Source: Nostoc sp. PCC 7120 = FACHB-418
GTDB lineage: Bacteria > Cyanobacteriota > Cyanobacteriia > Cyanobacteriales > Nostocaceae
NCBI RefSeq assembly: GCF_000009705.1
Contig: NC_003276.1
Coordinates: 30,001 to 62,000, forward strand
Length of the DNA stretch: 32,000 nucleotides
Reading direction: 5' to 3'
Made by a program: the position numbers and the translations under genes. The notes below the pieces were generated by a model, which saw only the letters and a list, made by a program, of their open reading frames with translations, had not been told where the DNA came from and did no database searches. Each line of letters begins with the position of its first letter. Positions within the stretch are counted from its first letter, which is position 1. This document shows, piece by piece, positions 21,295 through 28,130 of the stretch.

Positions 21295-22296
21295 CTACAA
21301 GCTTTTGTATTGATTCACCAGTTTCTGGATATAGGGCTTGGATGAACCGTAACTTACAATTGCTACATCAAGCTCAACATTCTTGTAGATATTCAAGGCA
21401 CGTTGAATTGCTGCAACAATCCAATCTATTTGGTTGCCAAATGCTCCCCCACCAAGCAGCGTCAGAAACAATTTATTATTACCGTTTTTTCTCCAATTCA
21501 AAATCGCGCTACAAATAGTTGCTTCGTAGGATGCTTCTAAAACCAATTGTGCAAATTTTGTCCATAAATCTGAAAAACGATCCGAGTAAGCAACTGGTAA
21601 AGCCGAACAATAAGCTTGTGAAACTTTGTGTTTGCAGTCATTAAGTGTCACTTGGGTATGCCATTGAATCCCGATGCGTAGCAACTTTCGCAATTCATCA
21701 AATTCCTTTTCATTTAATGCTTCTAGCCGATTTGAAATTTCGGCTAAACCGCTACGTGATGGCAAAGCATAACCGTTTCGCATTTCCCAAAGACGGTTAT
21801 CTTGATTTCCTAATGCTGCTCCTATATCTTTTAGGCAATCAATTTGGTTTGTTGCCGATTGACCAATTTGCCCATTTACTTTCACAAAATAATTTCGATA
21901 AATCGTACCTGCACCAGCTGCCACAGCACAAGCTGGCCCTTGAGTAAAGTCATTCTCATAAATTCCTACACCATACTCAGGCGTTACATTAGGAGATGTC
22001 ATTTCTAGCAAATTGAACTGGGAAGCTACTTGAAACAAGGAATTAGCATTGACTTCATTGATATGCAAATCCTGCACATTGGCTACTACTTCTTGGAGAG
22101 TTATTTTTCCCTTTGGATATCCACTTTTTAGAACACGTTCTCGCAGTTCGGCTAATGACGGTGTTTCTAGCTGACCACAAATCATGACTTTCCCATTAAC
22201 ATGAGATTTTAGCAACTCACCGTCAACAGTCATATTTTCCCTCACTTGCTGTGGGGATCGTTCCGCAAAACCTGTTAATGTTTCAAACCAAGTCAC
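21295..22296 (-). CDS. Macro-domain / bacterial-PARG-like (TIGR02452-like) protein; putative ADP-ribose-binding or -hydrolysing enzyme
   Basis: The 333-aa ORF is solid. LFQVASQFNLLE...FTQGPACAVAAGAGTIYRNYF and LTLLGGGAFGNQIDWIVAAI parallel the NFAS...AQEE.LcR.S.LY and LVLGAWGCG.FgNDP blocks of microbial PARG-like macro proteins, recalled from memory. The catalytic QEE is not conserved. Confidence 0.45.
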   Translation of the reverse strand: MTWFETLTGFAERSPQQVRENMTVDGELLKSHVNGKVMICGQLETPSLAELRERVLKSGYPKGKITLQEVVANVQDLHINEVNANSLFQVASQFNLLEMTSPNVTPEYGVGIYENDFTQGPACAVAAGAGTIYRNYFVKVNGQIGQSATNQIDCLKDIGAALGNQDNRLWEMRNGYALPSRSGLAEISNRLEALNEKEFDELRKLLRIGIQWHTQVTLNDCKHKVSQAYCSALPVAYSDRFSDLWTKFAQLVLEASYEATICSAILNWRKNGNNKLFLTLLGGGAFGNQIDWIVAAIQRALNIYKNVELDVAIVSYGSSKPYIQKLVNQYKSL

Positions 22297-22401
22297 TTGT
22301 TTGATCCTTTTAGTCCAATTATGCTAATTATGAACCTGAAGCTGTAATTATTTACTTTTTACTCACTTTTTTAACACTTTCCCTCTTTTCTAATATTTAG
22401 A

Positions 22402-22608
22402 AAATCTTGTCCTGACACAGATGGCATTATTCGCTCTCAAGTATTTCCCGGACTGTGGTTAGAAATAAAAGCACTATTAAACAATCAAATGGCGCGAGTA
22501 TTAGAAGTATTACAGTTAAGATTAAATTCTCCTGAGCATGGACGTTTTGTTGAGCAATTAACGAATAAAGAATTATCCCATTACCTACAACAACCTCTGC
22601 CACAGTAG
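22402..22608 (+). pseudogene. C-terminal remnant of a Uma2-family (DUF820) endonuclease gene
   Basis: ...DTDGIIRSQVFPGLWLEIKALLNNQMARVLEVLQLRLNSPEHGRFVEQL... is the typical Uma2 C-terminus (S.vfPGLwLd..aLL). The frame has a stop 9 codons upstream, there is no start, and the N-terminal ~130 aa are missing. Confidence 0.6.
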
Positions 22609-22688
22609 CTTGATAGAGTCTGCGATATTATGGTGGATTTTATCAGAACGCCTCTACAAATTGGTTTGATTGGTGGGGATTTGATTGC

Positions 22689-22840
22689 AAGGATTTTACC
22701 TTTTATCAACACTATTTTCCTAGTTTAACTATTCTTCTCAAACTCCACTTCAGACAAGACTTAGAAGGATTTTACCTTTTATCAACACTATTTTCCTAAT
22801 TTAACTATTCTTCTCAAACTCCACTTCAGACAAGACTTAG
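22689..22840. repeat. 76-bp tandem direct duplication (2 copies, 1 mismatch) covering the 3' end of the 22788-23093 gene
   Basis: aaggattttaccttttatcaacactattttccta[g/a]tttaactattcttctcaaactccacttcagacaagacttag occurs at 22689-22764 and 22765-22840. Confidence 0.9.
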
Positions 22841-23093
22841 TACGAGAATTTAACACAATCCGTCTAGGATTTTTAGATTTATCTAAATATTGTTCAGCAT
22901 AGTCAAAAGCCGCTTTTTTATCATAATTGGCAATCTTCAGAACTCGTAACAATACTTCTACCGGAATCGCTACTTGGGTTAATTCTTCTGCTAATAACAC
23001 TAATTCGTCTTCTGTTGCTGATACTGCCTTTTTTAAAGGTTGAATATTTAACTGCTGGTTTATGCGGATATCAGATATTGTAAAATCAGCCAT
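22788..23093 (-). CDS. Hypothetical protein (101 aa from ATG 23093)
   Basis: The internal ATG has an AAGGTG RBS. The last ~17 codons lie inside copy 2 of the 76-bp duplication. Confidence 0.55.
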   Translation of the reverse strand: MADFTISDIRINQQLNIQPLKKAVSATEDELVLLAEELTQVAIPVEVLLRVLKIANYDKKAAFDYAEQYLDKSKNPRRIVLNSRTKSCLKWSLRRIVKLGK

Positions 23094-23240
23094 ATATGCA
23101 CCTTTATCGCTTGTATAGTGTAGTTTTACCGAAAAGCACAATTTGATAAAACCGTGTTCTCACTACACTTGTTAATTAGTTATCTGAAGTAATTACGCAT
23201 AATTGCGGTTAGATACTTTAGTCTTTACTTTTTAGTTGAT

Positions 23241-23402
23241 ATGATGTTTCTAGAACTAACCATATCATCTGGTGATGGCTTAACATCCGGCATCGGCATT
23301 TATCTGACTATCCCTGATAGTGCAACAATTGAACTGATTGCCATTGTCCAAGGTGACACTTATTCGAGTCTGGACGCTAGTTACTTTAACTATTTGGGCT
23401 GA
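23241..23402 (+). CDS. Possible small ORF or gene fragment (53 aa)
   Basis: MMFLELTISSGDGLTSGIGIYLTIPDSATIELIAIVQGDTYSSLDASYFNYLG*. The tail resembles the C-termini of cyanobacterial Ca-binding/RTX-like exoproteins, so it may be a remnant. Confidence 0.3.
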   Translation: MMFLELTISSGDGLTSGIGIYLTIPDSATIELIAIVQGDTYSSLDASYFNYLG

Positions 23403-23469
23403 TTGTTTGTTAAAAGCTAATCGTATGGTGGTAGCCAAAAATTTATCTACCATGTTTATAAATATTGAT

Positions 23470-24024
23470 ATGAAAATAGTAACCAAGAGATTTTTGCTGC
23501 GTGATTTCGTTGAATTAGATCGATTGCCATTTTTAAACTATCAAGCCGATCCACGCAGTCAAATATTTTCTGAATCTAACCAAGCTAGTCCCGAAAATTC
23601 AGCACGTTTGTTTGAAACATTTTGCACATGGGCTTGTGAGCAGCCTCGACTTAATTACCAACTGGCGATTGTTCAACGGCGTGAACCTTACGCACTTGTT
23701 GGCTGTTGCGGACTGAGGGGAAGAGGGTTTGATGCAGGTGAAATGGAGCTAGGAATTGAACTTGCACCAGATTATTGGGGACGATATGCTTATGCGATCG
23801 AGGTTGGGAGCGCCCTGCTTGACTTCGGATTCAGGGAACTAGGGCTAAATGTCATCTCTGGTTCCACAGTTAGTGCAAATGTGCGGATCGCTCGGTTGGC
23901 AAAGTGGAGCGGAGCAGAAGTAGTTACTATCCGTCCGGGTTCGAGATGGATGTCCCAACGAGGTTGGAGCGAGGTAAACTGGCAAATCACTAGAGCGCAG
24001 TGGAACAGTCGCATCACTGTTTGA
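23470..24024 (+). CDS. GNAT family N-acetyltransferase (RimJ/RimL-like)
   Basis: Starting at Met45 of the track ORF: MKIVTKRFLLRDFVELD...GIELAPDYWGRYAYAIEVGSALLDFGF. Confidence 0.85.
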   Translation: MKIVTKRFLLRDFVELDRLPFLNYQADPRSQIFSESNQASPENSARLFETFCTWACEQPRLNYQLAIVQRREPYALVGCCGLRGRGFDAGEMELGIELAPDYWGRYAYAIEVGSALLDFGFRELGLNVISGSTVSANVRIARLAKWSGAEVVTIRPGSRWMSQRGWSEVNWQITRAQWNSRITV

Positions 24025-24050
24025 CACTCCCCGCTCTAAAGAGCTATCCA

Positions 24051-24247
24051 TTACCCACATCTTTCTTAACATTTCGAGAGTATTAACTCACGTCTCTAGA
24101 ACCCTGATTCGTTCGTTTTTCATTCTCAATAAAACCCCTGTTTTAGCGAGAAGAATAAATGATGATTTGTCAAGTAGACTTAAAGTTTCAGTCATTAAGA
24201 TGCTTATAGAACAAGGGTTTTAAGATTGTAAAGAAAGATGTGGGTAA
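24051..24247. mobile_element. MITE-like 197-bp element with 17-bp perfect terminal inverted repeats
   Basis: TTACCCACATCTTTCTT (24051-24067) faces AAGAAAGATGTGGGTAA (24231-24247). There are further internal inverted matches (AAAACCCCTGTT / AACAAGGGTTTT). No ORF. Confidence 0.6.
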
Positions 24248-24363
24248 CGCATAGGTTGAAACACAGGGGAAATGTCAATACAACTGGTTCTTTAAGTTAT
24301 TTTTGAGAAGATGAAAATAACACCAGTATTTAATTCTCCACTTTTACTTTGAAAGTAATAACT

Positions 24364-24386
24364 GCGAATTGCGAATTGCGAATTGC
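24364..24386. repeat. Heptamer tandem repeat (GCGAATT x3), STRR-like
   Basis: GCGAATTGCGAATTGCGAATTGC. Confidence 0.85.
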
Positions 24387-24426
24387 CTATGTCTATCCCC
24401 TCACCCTGGCAACCTTAGAAACTAGC

Positions 24427-24960
24427 ATGATGATGAATGATCTGCACATTGAGTTGATACATCAGTTATTTGCGGCATCAGACAAAATTAATCTGCCCCT
24501 GTGGTTGCAGGGCGGGTGGGCTATTGATGCGAAATTACATCGGATCACACGGGAACATGAAGATATTGATATTGCTTATCCAGGCGATCGCCACGCTGAA
24601 TTTCTCTGCTTGCTGCACGCTTTCGGCTGTGTTATCACCGAGCAAACCTCTTATGGTTTTTTGGCTCAGAGTCAGGGTATTCTTCTCGACTGTGAACCGT
24701 GCGTTCGGATTGCCGACGATTACGAGTTAGAGGGATTGCCTCCAGGAACTTGCCCACTAGAACCGAATGGCACTCTTGGCGGAAAGTTAGTACGATGCAC
24801 AAGTTGGGAAGCTATTCTCTGGGATTACTTCTATTATCTCGAAGAGGTTCCACAAAGTGAATGGCGACCAAAAGACTTTCACAGTTTTGCTCTAGCTAAA
24901 GACTCATTTGGCGAGGCTGCAACACACAATTTGCATGAGCAATTTAAGCGTCTATATTAA
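24427..24960 (+). CDS. Aminoglycoside 2''-nucleotidyltransferase family protein (ANT(2'')-Ia / AadB homolog)
   Basis: From Met27: LIHQLFAASDKINLPLWLQGGWAIDAKLHRITREHEDIDIAYPGDR...YGFLAQSQGILLDCEP...GTCP...LVRCTSWEAILWDYFYYLEEVP. This tracks AadB as I remember it (LIHKILAAADERNLPLWIGGGWAIDARLGRVTRKHDDIDLTFPGER...YGFLAE...LLDCEP...GSCP...VRCNSWEAIIWDYFYYADEVP). Confidence 0.8.
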   Translation: MMMNDLHIELIHQLFAASDKINLPLWLQGGWAIDAKLHRITREHEDIDIAYPGDRHAEFLCLLHAFGCVITEQTSYGFLAQSQGILLDCEPCVRIADDYELEGLPPGTCPLEPNGTLGGKLVRCTSWEAILWDYFYYLEEVPQSEWRPKDFHSFALAKDSFGEAATHNLHEQFKRLY

Positions 24961-25236
24961 GTATAGTGTTTGATAATACCTGCCAAATTGAAATATTTTT
25001 AGATAGAAAGCGTTTGAGATTACAGTGGAATTTCATCCCAACTGTTCTAGACCTTGGGTTGGATGGTAGGGATTGGATGCTAGACAGAACGTCTGTCGAA
25101 CATTGCCAAAGGCTTTTGCTGCAAGGGTTTTATTTTATTTGCGTAGACAGGGAATAAGAGATAGGGGACAGCAGAGAAGCAGGGATTGAGGTACTGAAAT
25201 TTTTCAAAAATCAAATAGGATTCCTATATATTCATC

Positions 25237-27483
25237 TCATCCCATCGACTGTAACAACCTCTGCCACAACCGCGTGTACCTCTGCTGGTCATCTGTAGTT
25301 CGCACAGCCAGAGCGATCGCCTTCTTAGAGCCAACCACAATCGCCAACTTCCTTGCGCGAGTTAAACCAGTGTAAAACAAATTCCGCGAAAGCATGACAT
25401 AGTGTTGCATGAAAAGTGGAAATATCACCACCGGAAACTCTCCGCCCTGGCTTTTATGCACAGAGATACTAAATGCCAGCGTTATCTCGTTCAAATCAGC
25501 ATAATCATAAACCACAGCCCGACCACCATACTCAACCGTAACCTCTTGTTCCTCCGTGTCGATACTCAGAATAGTCCCCAAATCTCCATTGAACACCTCA
25601 CGGTCATAGTCATTCATTTGTTGAATTACGCGATCGCCCTCCCGCAAAACCATCCCACCCCGGTTAATCTCGACTTTCCCCTGTGCAGGCGGATTGATCA
25701 GCTGCTGTAAAACAGCATTAAGATTTCGCGTCCCGACTAACCCCCGCGACATCGGGGATAGCACCTGCACATCAGTCGAGGGATTGAAGCCCAGCCGGGG
25801 GATAAACTCGCCTACCAATTCGCAGATTGCTTGGACTCCGTGTTCAGGACTGTGGCCACCACCATGCCACAAGCAGTCCGACTGCGGATTATCTGAGATT
25901 GGTTCTATATTTGGATAGTCACCCTGGTTGATTTGATGCGCTGCCGTGACAATCGCACTTTGCTGGGCTTGGCGAAATACTTGCGTTAGCTTGACCACCG
26001 GGACTTGCAGCGAGGTAATCAAATCTGCTAACACTTTACCAGGGCCAACTGAGGGTAATTGGTCGATGTCTCCCACCAGTAATAGTTGCGCTCCTTGTGC
26101 TACTGCTTTCACTAGGGAATGTGCCAGAAACAGATCCAGCATCGAAGCTTCATCAGCAATAATGGCACTGAAGGGTAAGGGATTTTCGTTATCCCGCTTA
26201 AATCCCATAGTTTTAGGGTCAAACTCCAGCAAGCGGTGAATGGTTTTCGCTTCAAGTCCTGTCATTTCCGATAATCGTTGTGCGGCTCTCCCAGTTGGTG
26301 CAGCCAAGGCGATGCTTTTGCTCATCGCTTTCCACAATGAGACAATCGTGTGTGTCGTGAAAGTTTTGCCCACGCCAGGGCCACCAGTCAGAACCATTAC
26401 GGGTGAGTACGCTGCCATCTCCACTGCTTTCTGCTGTTGGGGTGATAGCTCAATCTTGCGGCTGGACATAAAGCGATCTAGCCATGTACGGACACGGGGG
26501 ATGTCTTGTTTGACTTGTTGGCGTAACCGTCGAGATATCAACTGTGCTAAGTTTTGTTCTGTGTGGAAGAAGCTCGGCTTATAACAGAGTAATAATTTTT
26601 CTCCGTAGCTGTCCCTGACAAATTCCCTGATCAGTTCTTCCTTGGTTGACATATCTTTGATGATGTCCGCGATCGCATCCTCTGTTGGCTGGTGGTCATC
26701 TGTTGTTAGTAGTTTGATAACTTTTTCGATTAGTTCCGGCTGGGGGAGATAACAGTGACCATCCTCAGCAGCTTCACTCAATGCGTGGATGATTCCAGCA
26801 CTGTATCGAAACTCTGAGCTTGTTGGTACGCCCAGGTTTCTCGCAATCTTGTCGGCTGTGAGAAAGCCGATACCGTAGATGTCGGTGGCAAGCTGGTACG
26901 GGTTCGCGGTGACGGTGGCGATCGCCTGATCCTGATATTGCTTGTAAATTTTGACTGCATAGGTAGTCGATACGCCGTGGGTTTGCAAGAACACCATCAC
27001 CTCTTTGATGGCTTTTTGCGTCTCCCAGGCATTCTTGATTAGCTTGATGCGCTTCTTGGCGATACCTTGTACTTCGATGAGGCGGTCAATTTGGTTTTCA
27101 ATGATGTCGAGGGTTTCTAAACCGAAATGTGCAACAATGCGTCTTGCTGTGACAGGCCCGACTCCTTTGATTAGTCCACTGCCCAGGTATTTCTCAATCC
27201 CTGTGAGGGTTGCAGGTTTGGTTTCGTGGTAGTTAGTGACATTAAACTGTGGCCCGTACTGGGGGTGATCCTTCCAGAAACCAGTTAGCTGAAGCGTTTG
27301 CCCTGGTTGGATGTTAGCGAAGCTGCCGACGATGGTGGTCAGGTCGGTACTGCGGGAGCGGGTTAGGCGTGCGACTGTGTAGCCTGACTCCTCTGAGTGG
27401 AAAGTCAGGCGCTCGACTACTCCGGTGATGGTTTCGTAGTGGGGTTGTACTGATGATTGTTGTGCTGTGGGTAGAGTGGACAT
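25237..27483 (-). CDS. recD2: RecD2-type SF1 ATP-dependent DNA helicase (RecD-like, with HhH region)
   Basis: N-terminus GVVERLTFHSEESGYTVARL. HhH region: GIEKYLGSGLIKGVGPVTARRIVAHFG. Walker A is VLTGGPGVGKTF. Also IADEASMLD, LLLVGDIDQLPSVGPG, FSISVHKSQGGEFPVV and LFYTGLTRARK. Confidence 0.9.
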   Translation of the reverse strand: MSTLPTAQQSSVQPHYETITGVVERLTFHSEESGYTVARLTRSRSTDLTTIVGSFANIQPGQTLQLTGFWKDHPQYGPQFNVTNYHETKPATLTGIEKYLGSGLIKGVGPVTARRIVAHFGLETLDIIENQIDRLIEVQGIAKKRIKLIKNAWETQKAIKEVMVFLQTHGVSTTYAVKIYKQYQDQAIATVTANPYQLATDIYGIGFLTADKIARNLGVPTSSEFRYSAGIIHALSEAAEDGHCYLPQPELIEKVIKLLTTDDHQPTEDAIADIIKDMSTKEELIREFVRDSYGEKLLLCYKPSFFHTEQNLAQLISRRLRQQVKQDIPRVRTWLDRFMSSRKIELSPQQQKAVEMAAYSPVMVLTGGPGVGKTFTTHTIVSLWKAMSKSIALAAPTGRAAQRLSEMTGLEAKTIHRLLEFDPKTMGFKRDNENPLPFSAIIADEASMLDLFLAHSLVKAVAQGAQLLLVGDIDQLPSVGPGKVLADLITSLQVPVVKLTQVFRQAQQSAIVTAAHQINQGDYPNIEPISDNPQSDCLWHGGGHSPEHGVQAICELVGEFIPRLGFNPSTDVQVLSPMSRGLVGTRNLNAVLQQLINPPAQGKVEINRGGMVLREGDRVIQQMNDYDREVFNGDLGTILSIDTEEQEVTVEYGGRAVVYDYADLNEITLAFSISVHKSQGGEFPVVIFPLFMQHYVMLSRNLFYTGLTRARKLAIVVGSKKAIALAVRTTDDQQRYTRLWQRLLQSMG

Positions 27484-28130
27484 TGATTGTTAAAAATGCC
27501 GCACACTATTATAAACTTGTGAGTAATTTTATTTTAGTATATTTGTACTAATTACTATCAGTGACTATTATTTATTCTCTTAACTCAAAACAAAAACTTC
27601 ATAAAGTCGCTAATTATAAAATAATTATTGTAACTTTTTTTACATAGGGTTTGGTGTTTGGTAAGTAAGTAGGGGAGAAAATTTATTCGGATGCGTCCTG
27701 TTTTTTGAGCTTCAGCAACTTTGTGATTTGAACGATAATTTTAGCCAAACGGTTACGAAATACTTCACTCTGTACTAGGACAACATATAGTTCAAAGCTA
27801 TAAATGGAGTTCAAAAAACTCAAAACTTAATTACAGCAAGGAACCTAGTCAAATAGTTCATTTGTACCGTACCGCGATGAGAGAGAAATAAAAATTCAGA
27901 TTCCAGACGTAGGCGCAGCCCGCCGCAGGCATCGCTTTATCACTCAATTTTTGGCGAAACATATTTTTGAACCATAACGTGGTTCAAAATTTGGTCACGC
28001 AGGGGGTAAAGTCACAGCTTTATTTGTGGCAGCTTGTAAAGAAAGTAGGAAACCAGAGTCGGCACAAGTCAAATCTGCTGTGAAGGATTGGTTTGAGCGT
28101 GAGTGGGCGAGAAAAGACGTTTTAAGGATA

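Noticed and set aside
21282-21947. Plus-strand ORFs 21282-21518 and 21645-21947.
   Set aside because: They are antisense to the 333-aa macro-like ORF, which is far longer and has conserved-looking blocks.
23280-23486. 68-aa minus-strand ORF, and the 5' extension of the GNAT ORF back to 23338.
   Set aside because: The GNAT family N-terminus (MKIVTKRFLLRDF) begins at Met45 (23470). The upstream extension and the antisense ORF are hydrophobic and low-complexity, and they overlap a more protein-like 53-aa plus-strand ORF.
23790-24072. Minus-strand ORFs 23790-24017 and 23845-24072.
   Set aside because: They are antisense to the GNAT gene and run into the MITE-like element.
24349-24426. TTG-initiated 5' extension of the nucleotidyltransferase ORF.
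   Set aside because: It would translate the GCGAATT heptamer repeat array. AadB-family proteins start at the position of Met27 (24427).
24966-25157. 63-aa GTG-start ORF downstream of the ANT gene.
   Set aside because: It has no RBS, odd composition, and lies in the 3' flank shared by two convergent genes. It is treated as non-coding.
25402-27232. Six plus- or minus-strand ORFs overlapping the RecD2 gene.
   Set aside because: The 748-aa minus-strand frame carries the complete SF1 helicase motif set. The others are antisense or off-frame.
27905-27936. G/C-rich segment cgtaggcgcagcccgccgcaggcatcgc in an otherwise AT-rich spacer. It looks like a Nostoc dispersed repeat.
   Set aside because: There is only one copy in this window and no clear palindrome. 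I cannot verify repeat status without a genome search.
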